From Octopus sinensis (Eukaryota), in the NCBI RefSeq assembly GCF_006345805.1, contig NC_042997.1, positions 188,046,001-188,110,000 of the forward strand: a stretch of 64,000 bases of DNA, read 5' to 3'. The notes below the pieces were generated by a model. It was not told the DNA's origin. It saw only the letters and a program-made list of their open reading frames with translations, and did not search any database. The stretch's first letter is position 1, and every line of letters begins with the position of its first letter. Of this stretch, positions 36,680 to 50,212 are shown in pieces. Position numbers and translations under genes: made by a program.

Positions 36680-38900
36680 TTGCAGCCTCTTTTCTCCTTT
36701 GCTTTGCACCCTGAAGCCTGTTAATGCTGGTTGCAGCAAAGTTTCTAATACCATTTTGACACAACGATCTCCATATTGTTCATTCCAAGGCTGTTCACTC
36801 AAAGGTGTTGTGAGCAATCTTCATTTCTAAGAGGTTACTCTTCAGTTTGTCCTTATATCTGAGCCATGGTCAATCAACATTCCTGTGCTCACTCTCAACC
36901 TGGCTGTACATGAGGACTTTGGGTATTCTTTCGTCACTCATTCTGATGACATCGCCAGCCCAGCGCAATTGGGATTGCATAAGGAAGCTCTCGATTCCAC
37001 CAATCTTACACTTGCTAAACAAGTCGGCATTAGAAACTTTGTCTTTTAGTGAATAACAGCAGATTTTCCTCAGATAGTCTTTGTGGAAGATGTCTAGTTG
37101 GTTAATGTCATCTATAGGGTATCCACAATTCTGAACCATACAAGAAAGTAGTAAGAATGGAAACTTTATAGACCTGTTCTTTGGTGTCAAGTTTGATGCT
37201 CCTTTCATTCCATAGGTAATGATGTAGTTTGCTAAATGCATTGGTTGCCTCTGCAAGATGGTTGATGATTCATCATCAAGGGAAGCACACGAATTCACTT
37301 AACTCCCAAGATATGTAAATGACTTCACATAATTTAGCTTTTCCCAACAACCTGTATAGGAATGTCAGGAAAATTGTGAACTGGTAGCCTCTGCTTGACA
37401 CCTCAAATTTGTTTAGTAGGGCAAGGTTGGTGGGTTACTTTCGTCTTCTTTATACTGATGGCTAAACCAAAGGCTTTACATGCAGCAGAAAACCCTTCTA
37501 GAAGTTCTTGAGCTTCCTCTAAGGAGGTTGCTGCTAGTGCAGCTTCATCTGCAAAAAGTAGCTCACAAATGATACTGATGCAAAGCAGTGTTCTGGTTTT
37601 GAAATGCTGATGATTGGATAGTCCACCACTTGTTTGAAAATGGAATTTGACACCACTTTGTATGTCACCAAAAGCATAACTCAGCATCACTGAAAAGAAG
37701 AGTGCAAACAAAACAGGGCCATAACACAACCTTGCTTTCTGCTGTTTGTAAAGTTGAAGGAAGCCAAAGATTCCCCACTAGACATGACAGCAGCTGTCAT
37801 TCCCTTATGGAAGAAGATAACATCCAACATCTTTTCAGGTGTACCAAGCTTTTTCAGAACTTCCCATAGTGCTTGCCAATTAATAGTGTTGAAGGCTTTA
37901 GTAAGGTCAACGAATATCAAGAACAACTCATCATTTTACTCACATACCTTCTCCATGACCTGTCGAAGGGAAATGATAATATTGATAGTGCCACAACCAG
38001 AGTGAAATCCACAGTGTGATTATGGATAGATATCATTTACAAGGTGCTTGATGATCCTGTCAAGAATGAGTCGAGCAAGAATCTTACCAGCAATAGACAG
38101 AAGTGTTATCCCACAATGATTATCACAGACACTTTTGTTTCCTTTATAATATAAAGATGTTGAATTGAGGCATCCTTGAAGTCCTGTGGTACACGGCCTA
38201 CCATCCAAATGTTTATGAAGAGGTCATGCAGTTTCTTAAAAAGCTTCTGTCCACCACGCTTATAGATTTCAGGAGGGACATCATCCCTGCCAGGTGCTTT
38301 ACCAGAAGAGAACTGTTTAATAGAGTTTAACACTTCCAGGAAGTTTGGCTCCAGAGACAGTTCTGGTATTTCAGTATGCTGTGGAATAAACATTATGACA
38401 TCATCATTAGTGACTGAGGCAGTGTTCAACATGGCTTCAAAGTAATCTTTCCATCTTTTCAGGATGTTAGATTTGTCAGTCAAGCGTGTCTCTCAATTCG
38501 ATAAAAAAAATAGGAGTAACACCATGCTCTTGAGGACCATACACTTTCTCGAGGCCATCATAAAAGGCTTTAGAATCCTTTTTGTCTGCAACTTCTTGGA
38601 GTTCAGTAGCCTTGGAAGGTCACCAGAGCACATTGGACCTGACCTCTGCATTTCTTGTAGGCATTTTCTTTTCTGAATGAGCTCTTATCATTTATCCATG
38701 TTTTGTGAGAGATGTGCATTTTATCGATCAACTGTTGGACATCTGTGTTGTTATCGCTGAACCAATCTTGATGTTTACAAATAGGAAGTCCAAGAACCTC
38801 TACAGAGACAGAATGAATTGCATCATGCAAAGCCTTCTAAGATGATTCTATGTCATCATTGATGTCAACAGTGTTGAGTGCAGTGTCCAACTTGATAGAG
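36680..38900 (-). pseudogene. decayed RTE-BovB-like LINE
   Basis: RWKDYFE, GKAPGRD, DNHCGITLLSIAGKILAR, FVDLTKAFNT, LLFADE across frameshifted ORFs. Confidence 0.9.
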
Positions 38901-38912
38901 AGATCAACATAT

Positions 38913-38945
<33 letters not shown>

Positions 38946-39191
38946 TATATACACACATATATACATGTGTATATATATAGATGTGTGTGTATATACATGT
39001 GTGTATATATATAGGTGTGTGTGTATATATATGTGTATATATATATATACATATATATATATACACATGTGTATATATATATACATGTATGTATATATAT
39101 GTGTGTATATATATGTATATAAATACATATATATGTATATATATGTGTATATATATATGTATATATATATATACATATATATGTATATATA

Positions 39192-39234
<43 letters not shown>

Positions 39235-40224
39235 TATATATATGTATGTGTGTGTGTATTTGTATCTGCATATGTGTATATTGGCCTATCTGCTAACCAG
39301 TGGGATAGCATCTTTTGCATATTTCAACAATGTGGTGAAGAAGCACATTGCGAAAAGTGGTGTACAACAGCATCTATTAGTGTGGTTGACAAAAGGCCAG
39401 GAAGAAAGTGAAGATATCAATATAACATAAGTTTAATATTTGTTACAAATGTTTCAGTACTCCTTTCCACTTTGAATTTGATCAGTTATATAACTATGCT
39501 ACATTGATGTCTTCATCTTCCCTCTTTCAAATATTATTCTATTAAATACTTATTCATTCGTTATATGAATGATAAGTACCTGAAATTCCTGCTCTTTTGG
39601 ATAAGTTACTTCCCAGTGTTTACATATAAATAGCCCTGAGTGCCACAAGGAATAACCAAGATTTTACTGAATCAAAATGCAGATTGCATTTCATACATAC
39701 ATATATAGTACACACACACAAATACACGTTCTCATGCAAGCATTCATATGTATGTGCACGCACACTCACACACACACAAACATGCATACACACACATCTT
39801 TCAATGCATACTGGATTCATACTTGAGCTACTTCAAATTTCATGCTCAGATAGAACAGTAATCAGATGGGCTTGAATAGTGTGCATTGAATACTGTGCAT
39901 GATCAAGTACAGCATGCAATACAAGTGAGCTGGATTATGCAGGGTACAGTATAAAATCAAGTCTGATTACTGTATTATCTGAGCATAGAACTTGAAGTAG
40001 ATCATGTATAACTCCTGTATTCATTAAATCATATTTATCTGTCACTGAACCGAGTGCTGTTTTTGCTGATCCTGTCAACAAGTGACCAGTATATTATATG
40101 TGTGTGTGTATGCATTAATAAATATATATATATACATATATATATATAGATAGATATAGACATATATATGTATATATATATATGTATATATATGTGTGTA
40201 TATATATATATGTGTGTGTGTGTG

Positions 40225-40258
<34 letters not shown>

Positions 40259-40429
40259 TACATACAAAACTCCGAAACGAGTTATATCATGGCTACCGAA
40301 TAAGTGTCACATATTACATTTACAGATAAATTCCTCTATTTACATAATATCAAGGTCTCTTTCTTTCTTTTGTTGTCTTACCATTTCTATCAATACATAC
40401 ATATTTATATTTATATACTTATTTACTAA

Positions 40430-40970
40430 CCCGAAACTAAAAATTCAACCACACTAGCTTCCCACATCAATAAATTAAAAATGCACAACAAAGAATTCAG
40501 TCTAGATTGATGTATAATAATGGAAACCACACCAATTTATGCATGAAGGAGGTGATCCACAATATTCATGCCAACAAAAAATAGCATACTTAATAAGATT
40601 ATCTGACGTCATAATTACCTGTAGACATAAATATCTCTTAACTTTTAAATTCTTCTCCCAAAATAATTAGCCAATAGGATCCTAATCTAGCTACCCTTCA
40701 TATTATGGAATCTTCTTCAAATACTGTTATATATAGCGTCATATCGTACCTTAACCTGTAATTTTAATTTTAATTATATCATTTGTATGAAGAGTATGGT
40801 TCAACTAAACATATGTTTTTTAAAAATTCTCCAGCTTCTCATATCTCTTAAAATTTTAACAACTCTTTGAATCCCTTAACTCTGATGAGAGAAGTATAGA
40901 TAACTACTATGGTTGGAGTTAGCTTGCCCACATCAACCTATATCTTCTTGAAACGGCCGTAAAATTTTGT
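40430..40970 (+). pseudogene. decayed Penelope-like 3' end with long-stem-II hammerhead (40875-40968)
   Basis: Weak GIY-YIG-like translation; CTGATGA-gagaag...cttctt-GAA-ACGGCCGT-A. Confidence 0.55.
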
Positions 40971-41405
40971 ATTTATTCAGGATTCCTAATGAATCATCTT
41001 ATAGTAACTTTCTTATCTACCCTCCTCATTGATTATAATACGGACATTTGGACCTCGCAAGTACATCTATGTATTTATATTTATATATTTATATATTTAT
41101 AAATTTTTATGTTTTTAAATTTTTATATATTTATGAATTTTTATATATTTATAAATCTTCGTATGTTTATATGCATTTATTAATTCTTATAAATTTTTAT
41201 CATGGCTCATATATGTGAACACATCTATGTATACTGTATATTGGGGAGAATTTTGATAATTTGAAATGGATTGAATGAACATAGATACACCAACCTCTGA
41301 AATTTGTTTCGCTCCTTAATTTTATATTCCTGAAGCTCCATTAGAGCGCTAATTGGATGTGCTGTATACAGTGGATAACTATACCATTTACTCTTTCATT
41401 ATATA

Positions 41406-41444
<39 letters not shown>

Positions 41445-41570
41445 TTATTTTTATGTATATATATAAATCAATAAATGGTGGGGTTGTGTTGACCGCACGT
41501 GGAGAAATGATAGGAGAGGAAAAATTTTATAATTTTTCCTCTCCTATATATATATATATGTCTATCTATA

Positions 41571-41618
<48 letters not shown>

Positions 41619-41694
41619 GTGTGTATGTGTGTGTGTATATCTATCTATCTATTTCTCTCTCTCTCTCACTCTCTTTATATATATGTATGTATAT

Positions 41695-43045
41695 GGAGAT
41701 GTGTCGATGCATGCTGCAAACAAAGGGTAAGGTGGAGAGGAGCTTCAACCTGGGTCCTCAAAAGCAAGGTACATAGGTATAAAATCTTCTGGGAAGATAA
41801 CAGTGATGTAGCAAAGAAATGAGTGGATAAGGTCATAGAGGTAGTCAGGGTGTGTGATAGAGTGCTTAAGCTCAGGCTAGTCTTGCAGAATAATATAGCT
41901 ATGCATATCTCTGCTTATACCCCACAAGCGAGCCTACCAAATGATCAGAAGGACCACTTTTATGACGTCCTTCTACAAGCTATCTCTAAGACAAGTGACA
42001 ACGATTCTCATCTTTGTGGCTGGAGATTTTAATGGGCATGGTGTTCATGGGGGCCATGGAATTGGTTCCCAAAATGAAGAGGGAACTAGGCTATTGGAGT
42101 TCTGTGATACAAGCAACCTATTAATCAGCATCACCAACTTCAGGAAGCCAGTCAATCACCTGATAACTTATCAATCAGGTGAGTCTGCTAGTCAGATTGA
42201 TTTCAACGTCACCAGACAGTGGGATATATAGTTGCTCTTAAATACAAAGACCCACCCGGGTGAAGAATGTACCCCCAGCATAAACTAATCTTTAGTGACA
42301 TTAGACTCGAGGCCAGAAGGATGCCAAGAAGCAGACCAATCTAGAAAAGAAGGATTCAGAAGCTTAAGAACCCTTCACATGGTCAGAGATTTAGGGACAT
42401 CCTCATTGAGAAATTTGATGAGAGGGAGGAAGAGCTACAGACTTGTGATATAGAGTGTAACTGGAAATTCCTGCGTGACAGCTTACTGAGCACCACAGAT
42501 AAAAGTATGTGGCTGGTGCAAAGTCCTGTCCAGACCTAGGGTAATGTGGTGGTGATACAATACCACAGACAAGGCCATTAGAGCAAAGAAACAGGCCTAG
42601 AAAACCTGGAAGTGTGGGGATAGCAGGGAACTGAAACAGATAGCCAGAAGGGTGGCAAGGAGAAAGGTATATATAGCCAAGTGAGAAGCAGAAAAGAAGT
42701 TTGCCAATGTTCACAATGTGAGGACTAAAGAACTGAAGTATTTCGGATTGCAAGATAGTGTGAGAGAAAATTGTGATGTCACAGGAGAGAAATGTATCCA
42801 CATGGATGATGGTGCCTTTGCATTTAATGATTCTGCAAAGAAAGAGGCTTGGAGAAGCCATTATGAAAGGTTGCTGAATGTGGAACATGAATGGGAGGAG
42901 GAGAGCCTGCCAAATGTTGATCCAGTTGAGGGACCAGCTACCCTAATCAACAGCACCCTGATAGATAAAGCAATTAAAGCTATGAAGTCAGTGAAAGCCC
43001 CCAGTCCATCAGGAATCAGTGCTGAGATGCTTAAAATATCTGGTG
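41695..43045 (+). pseudogene. decayed RTE fragment (APE to early RT)
   Basis: VRWRGA..HRYKIFW, AGDFNGHG, AWRSHYERLLN, KAPSPSGISAEMLKISG. Confidence 0.88.
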
Positions 43046-43049
43046 GTGT

Positions 43050-43560
43050 TTTCCATGCTAGCATGGGTTGGATGGTTTGACTGAAAACTGGTATGCTGCA
43101 CCAGGTTCCAGTCTGATTTGGCATGGTCTTTACAACTGGATACCCTTCCTATCAACAACCATTTTAAGAATGTAGTGGGTGCTTTTTACATGCCATCAGT
43201 ATGGGTACCAGTTATGCAACCCCGGCACTGTATATCACCAAATGTCTTGGTCATTTGTCACTGCCTCTGTAAGGCTCAGTTTTCGAAGGGTGCTTTTTAC
43301 ATGCCACTGGCATGGGTGTCAATTATGTGACACTGGCATTGGCGATGACTATGATTTCACTTGGCTTGACAGGTCTTCTCAAGCACAGCATATTACTCAA
43401 TGTTCAAAGAGTGCTTTTTTATGCCAGTCACATGACACTGGCATCGGCCACAACTACATCACTTGGCTTGAGGGGTCTTCTCAAACATGGAATATCACCA
43501 AAAGTCTCAGTCATTTGTCATTACTTCCATGAGGCCCAACATTTGAATACCATGCTTTGC
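43050..43560 (-). mobile_element. RTE-related 3'UTR copy fused antisense to the preceding fragment
   Basis: ttttccatgctagcatgggttgg terminus followed by degenerate repeats. Confidence 0.7.
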
Positions 43561-43946
43561 CCATGTCTTCCTGGATCTACCTTTTCCACAAGTTCCCTCT
43601 ACCATTAGAGATCAGCACTTCTCAGGAAAAGAGATGTAAGGAAATGGGGTGATAAGTTCAGCTTACATTATCAACACCCTAGTAATTTAGTAATCACAGT
43701 AACTACCATTAATGTGTTATAATATGCAAATTAGTCTTTCTGGTTAACTTTAGTAATAGTAGCTTTACAAGCTGTGTTTCAGTGTGCAATTACAAAGAGT
43801 ACTCAGTTGCTGTTGAAATTCCAATTTAAGACTGAAATTCTTCTGACTGCTCCCACTCTTAGTATCCACGAAACAAGGTGGTTATTGACATCAAGTAAAG
43901 ATTAAAATCTGTAGACACACTTTGTGGTACAAACCATATATCTATG

Positions 43947-44015
<69 letters not shown>

Positions 44016-44169
44016 TGTACCTTTTAGTACCTTTGCCCAAAAAGCACTACTGACCAATAAAGAAAACATTTTTATTCGAAAATACAGACCACAGTTAAAC
44101 ATACTCTAATATCTTAAAAAATATACTTGGACTGTCGACTGGTGTTAGAACAACTAGGCAATACTCTAA

Positions 44170-44770
44170 TTTCTACGCACACACATGGATAAAATGTGGA
44201 AAGCCAAAAAGCTGTGGTATTCATCTAGAGGAAGCATCTTGTATAGACATATAGTGCTAAAAAGCACAGAAGTTCAGCCAACAGCAGTGGATGGAGAACA
44301 TCCAGCAGTGCAGGTGGAGCTGCAAAATCTATATTTCTGTTTGTGTGAACATCATCAGTAACAAGTCTGCAACCACATACTTAGACCAATTGCTTAGACC
44401 AATTTTTCCTCTACTGATATAGATTAACAAATCACTGGTGTCACAAATAGCTGGCAGACTGGAAAAAAAATTGTTACTAGCAGTGGAAGCAGTATTAGTT
44501 CAAAGTAGAAATCTGTATATCTTACTTACATGGATATCATGTAGAAAGCCAGAAACTGCAATATTTGTCTTGAGAAAGCATTTCATATGGATATATAGTG
44601 CTAAAAAGCATAAACATGGAAGTTGAATTGCTAAATTTAGATTTTTGTTTCTTTGAGCATCATCAGTAGCAAGTATCAACTAGTAACCACAGGCTAAGAC
44701 AAATTTAGCCTCTCCTTATATCTAGAAAAACAGTGATTAACAAATCATTGTTGTCACGAATTTAAACTGA
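44170..44770 (-). repeat. degenerate ~310-bp tandem dimer, each unit with a hammerhead-like motif
   Basis: Anchors atagtgctaaaaagca, catcatcagta and gattaacaaatca repeated at 308-344 bp spacing; motifs at 44320-44364 and 44628-44672. Confidence 0.7.
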
Positions 44771-45449
44771 ATGAATTAGTTGAGTGCTGCACCAAATACT
44801 TTATAACAGTTGTTATTCTTTAAAAAATCTTGACTTTAAATTGTTCCTTGCTTGATTTTGCTTTTATCCTTCCAAGGTCAAAGAAAGACCTTGTGTCAAT
44901 ATATATTTATCAATATTAATCATCTGGTAACCCGCATCTTCAGTCAATATTTAACTTTGATTTCTCATCAGATTCAGTAATTTTAGAGTTTTATATAGTT
45001 CAGTTTGGGCGCATTTTATGTAGAGCTACCAGAACACATACTTCTACAACAGTTCTATAGATTTAACATTTTATGTAAAACATTTTATATGTAAATGATT
45101 CACTTGAAACATCAACCAAGAAACATAGCATTTGTGTATGTGAAGGAAAACAAAATATATTGGTTCTTTGAAATATGTTAGAATTATCATTTCAGGTTTA
45201 TGAATAAAGATTGATAAGTGGGGAAAATAAATCTTAAATTATTGTTGACATCAAAAGAGATTATCGTTCTCACTTCCATCTAGTGGAAAAGTGAGCAATA
45301 ATTTCAACTTCAAGAAGTTTTCTTGTAGAAAAAAAAGAGCAATAAGATAGATTCTATTCATCTTTTTAATGGTTTAGTCAGGAAGGAGAGGTTGTGCCTA
45401 TGACATAATAGAATTAATGGAGATGTTCAGTTTGAACATTTATAAGATA

Positions 45450-47050
45450 ATGTCTGCAGGAAAAACATAGGTAGGAACAGATTTCAGCAGGTTGATTGAG
45501 CATAGTAGTTATTGTGAGACCTAAGCAAGAGGAAGATACAATATGGGTGATGAGAAGATAATCAGGTATATCAAATGGGCTTGAGTGGAGGTGCTATGCA
45601 GCTAGCTAGATCTGTGGAGCCGAGCAATTATAGTTGTATTAGAAAAGATAGTTGTATGAAGTTGAATGATAGTTGAGTTTGGAGTGTGTGGATGAATTCC
45701 TATCAAATGATGTGACTGCTTTCTTTTGGATGCAGTCTAGGTTGTTTGGGTGTGTAACAGCAACACTGACCCAGATGTGGGATCAATATGCCACTGTCCG
45801 TCTCACTTGTGATTTGTAGAGAGTTGGTAACTGTTTGAAGCTGATGTATTTTCTAGTCTTGTAGAGAAAATCTAGTTTTTGGTACACAATTTTAGCTATG
45901 ATAAGAATATAAGATTGATAGGAGAAATCATCAATGATTACAGGATCCAGCACTTATAGTGATTTTGGGGGTTTTAATTGAGTGGTGTTCAAGACTAAAG
46001 TGAGATTGTTTCTTTGATATGGTTTTTTTTTTGTGGTGTAACAGAAGGAAAGATTGTCATTATTGGAGAATGTTTTTGATGTCTCTCTTGGTGGAGGCAG
46101 TGCAGGTTTTATGTGAGGTGTCTTGGTAGAATATGGATTGATACCTGTTTGGGAAGAATGAAGAGTATTATCATTTACATTGCTGCATTGGAAGTGTATT
46201 GTTTAGAAGTGGATAGTATGTTGAAAATTATGGATGACATAACAGAGTTAACAGAGTGTGGGTCAGAAAGAATGTCATCCGTGCAAGCTGCAATGATATG
46301 GTCTAACTGAAAACCTCCACTCCAAGAGATGAGAGATGATTGAAGTTTGACTGCAGTCTATTTTGATAAATGATTCTTTTGTCAAACTTGATCGAATATC
46401 TTGCTGATGTTAAGTGTGATAACTTCATTTTTCCTGAATTTTTCATAGCTGAGTGGCTATAAGTAAGTAGAGTTGGTGAGCATATTCTCAGTAGATCTGG
46501 TTCTGTGGGAGCCATATTGATGATCACTAAGGAGGTAGAAGGGAGTCATGGTTTAAAAAAAGATGATAGTTCATGACCGTTTCCATCACATTTAAGATTA
46601 ATAGGCTTTTAGTTGGCAGGGTCATACACGTTGCCCTTGTTGGGATTAGGACACACTGTAGCATGTTTCCAAAGATCAGGGTAGGTCCCTGTTAAGAGGG
46701 AGAGAGAAAGAGAAAGTATAGAGATTATTTGTGGGCTGCACTGTTTCAGGGTAATAGAAAAGAGATTGTTAAGGCAAATGGACTTGGTTTGAAGTGATGG
46801 CAGATGTTTTGGCCCTTTGTATATGTATGTGATGTTAAGATTGGTGAAGTTTTGCCAGGTGTGTGCAATGTCAAGTTGCATGCAAGGCAGGTAGTAAATG
46901 TGGAAACTTTCTCTATGGAAGTTCTGTTTAAAAAGCCATCATGGTAGTAGATTTCTTCAAAGTAGATAGAGATCCTTTGATTAAGTGTCACAAGGATCAG
47001 CTGCAATTTGGAATGTGTGGGAGCTTGCAGATTGAGCAGAGCATATAGTT
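45450..47050 (-). pseudogene. highly decayed CR1/L2/Jockey-type LINE RT
   Basis: LLTGTYPDLWKHATVCPNPNKGNVYDPAN, QYGSHRTRST and ITLNISKIFDQV resemble RT domains 0-3. Confidence 0.65.
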
Positions 47051-48930
47051 AACTTTTGCTTGCAGAAGTTGTAGATAAAAATAATCATTTGATGATATTT
47101 GAACAATTACATAATCTATTAATAAATTGTTAGTTTATTGATAGATTAATTGTAAGTAGTGTTCTAAGCACTTAAAAAATGGTTTAATCCATTCATGTAA
47201 ATATTAATATATTCGTAGTTAACTTTTTAAATCTTCAAGAGGAGGCCTGTGTTAAAATCTTGCTTTGTGAAGGAGTGAAACTTCTGGAAATATAAGCACA
47301 GTAAAAAATAAAGGAGATATGCTAATCATTTTATATTTAATATAATATTTCTCACTCAAATATAGTCAGTTTATAGATCTACAAGAGTTAGATATATTGG
47401 ATTACATATTATAGTTTATGAATTAGGTTAAACCTTGTATTAAAATATCTGCATAATATGAGAGAAGCCTTTAAAATTTCACTTTTCTTTTTTTCCTTTC
47501 AACATCTATCTTTGTTTATCTGCAGAAAGACTGGGTTTTCAAATGTAAACATATCATTACTATTTAAACTCTAATTTAATAATCACTGAAGAGAAATCAA
47601 ATTTATATTCGATTACTTATCTATTTGATATTGCTCTTAAAATAATTTTTGTGAAATAATTATTTGAGAAAATATGTAGGTTTGACAATCATAATAATTC
47701 TAATCTCAACATGCTTATTATGGTAATACTATTTTTCAAAATTCAGATGAAGTTTATCAGGAACTATATCATTCAATGTAGACTTACGTTTTAAGATAGT
47801 AGGGTGTAACTTGATGGATATTTTGTTACTATTTCTAGGAGGTTGAGGTGGCTCTCTCGTTGGCTGATATTGTTATTTAACCTAAGTACATTCCTGACTG
47901 GGCAGATATAACTACAATCAAAAGTACTCCTGCCATGGACATTCAGTCTTACTTGGCTCCACAAAGATTTAATCCAAGTTATGTCATTTCAACACTTTGA
48001 AAATATGTTAATTTTACCATGGTTATAGAAAAACAAAACAAATTTACTTCATGTCTTGTATAGATTGTGTTTGAGAACATTTTTTTATTTACCTATTTTA
48101 TCGTTTTTGTTGTTTTCATGCATTTAAATCATGAACTTTTAAATTAAGCTTTTAAATTATGAAAGCTTTAGAGTGTTTAGAAGTAAGTTAAATAATGAAG
48201 GCTACATATACATAGTCTGTGAAAAATAAGCATTTAAAAGTATTGAGAGGAAGACTTCAGAATATTAACATTCATACAAAATACATAAAAACAGAAGACT
48301 AAAGAAAACAACTCAACAAAAAAGATTGTTTTGTTTATAAAGTAGCTGTGTGAAAACCAATGTCATCACACAGTATTAAATATTAAATAAATTGTCTGCA
48401 AATACAAATGTTGCTTGAAGAACAATAAGATGAAGACACTTGGATGATTTCATATTATTTTTATAAAATCGATGTATCTTCAAAGAACACTGGAGATCAA
48501 ATCACTTTCTTTAAAATGTTTTGCAACTTTACAGTTTGTGGATTAAAGTGACATCTTATTTTTGGATGAAAAATTAATAAATGAGCTTGATACAAAGTTT
48601 TAATTCATTGCTGTTCTACCAAGATTTAATTGAAAGTATGTTAGTCCAACAATGGAGAGGTAATCCATTTTTTATAATGTAGAAGTCAGAATTCTTTTCA
48701 GTGGATTGCATGTCATTTATTCCTGATGATAAAAACTTCTATACCTATTACTTTTGTGGAAAAAACCCCCACTATATTTAAAATTGCATTCTGTATATTT
48801 AACTTAATATGGAAAGCCACAAAACTGCAGAATACATCTTGAGAAAGCTTTTCATGTATATCTATAGTGTTAAAATGTGCAGAAGTGTATTAGTTGTAGA
48901 CAAAAAGCATCTTGCAGCAGTGGTGGAATT

Positions 48931-49193
48931 ACTCTTTTACTCTCTTACTTGTTTCAGTCATTTGACTGTGGCCATGCTGGAGCATCGCCTTTAGTCAAGG
49001 AAATCGATCCCAGGACTTATTCTTTGTAAGCCTAGTACTTATTCTATCGGTCTCTTTTGCCAAACCGCTAAGTTACGGGGATGTAAACACACCAGCATCG
49101 GCTGTCAAGCGATGTTTGGCGGGGAGGGACAAACACAGACTCACAAACATATACACACACACACACATACATACATATATATATATATATATA

Positions 49194-49251
<58 letters not shown>

Positions 49252-49581
49252 GTGAAATAGAAAGATGAATAATCTTGTAGTGGATTAATCAAAAGTTTAA
49301 CCGATACCTTAGTAGCAAAAATCACAGCAGTGTTCAATCTGCGTTCAGCTCCATTTCTTCAATTCACCAATAATGTTATATATATATATATAATATATAT
49401 ATATATATATACATATATGCAACAGGCTTCTTTCAGTTTCCATCTACCAAATCCAGTCAAGGCTTTGGTCGGCCCGAGGCTATAGTAGGAAACACTTGCC
49501 CAAGGTGCCACGCAGTGGGACTGAACCTGGAACCATGTAGTTCGTAGGCAAGCTACATACCACACAGCCACTCCTACGCCT
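48931..49581 (-). mobile_element. SINE family A inserted into a copy of the ~310-bp family
   Basis: Flanks gtggtggaatt|gctaaattatg rejoin to the family consensus. Confidence 0.8.
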
Positions 49582-49682
49582 GCTAAATTATGATTTCTGT
49601 ATCTTTGCATAATTTGTTAGTCACTGTTTTTCTGTAATAGTGAAAGTGAAATGTGTCTAAGCAAACAGTTGAGAGTGGAAAC

Positions 49683-49727
49683 TTGCTACTGATGATGTGC
49701 AAAGACAGAGAAATCATGATTTAGCAA
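49683..49727 (+). ncRNA. type I hammerhead-like motif (~310-bp family)
   Basis: ttgcta-CTGATGA-tgtgcaaagacaga-GAA-ATCATGAT-T-tagcaa; stem II imperfect. Confidence 0.55.
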
Positions 49728-49793
49728 TTCCACCACCACTAATGGATGTTTTCATCTGCTACTGAAGCACTTCTGTACTTTTTAGTATTACAC

Positions 49794-49969
49794 AGGCGTA
49801 GGTGTGGCTGTGTAGTAAGTAGCTTGCTTACGAACCACATGGTTCCAGGTTCAGTCCCACTGCATGGCACCTTGGGCAAGTGTCTTCTACTATAGCCTCG
49901 GGCTGACCAAAGCCTTGTGAGTGGATCTGGTAGACGGAAACTGAAAGAAGCCCGTTGTATATATCTATC

Positions 49970-50002
<33 letters not shown>

Positions 50003-50212
50003 ATATGTTTGTGTGTCTGTGTTTGTCCCCCCAACATCGCTTGACAACTGATGCTGGTGTGTTTACGTCCCCGTAACTAAGCAGTTCGGCAAAAGAGACC
50101 CATAAAATAAGTACTAAGCTTCCAAAGAATAAGTCCTGGGGTCGATTTGCTCGACTAAAATGCGGTGCTCCAGCATGGTTACAGTCAAATGACTGAAACA
50201 AGTAAAAGAGTA
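49794..50212 (+). mobile_element. SINE family A
   Basis: Full head-to-tail copy, inverted relative to 48931-49581. Confidence 0.88.
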
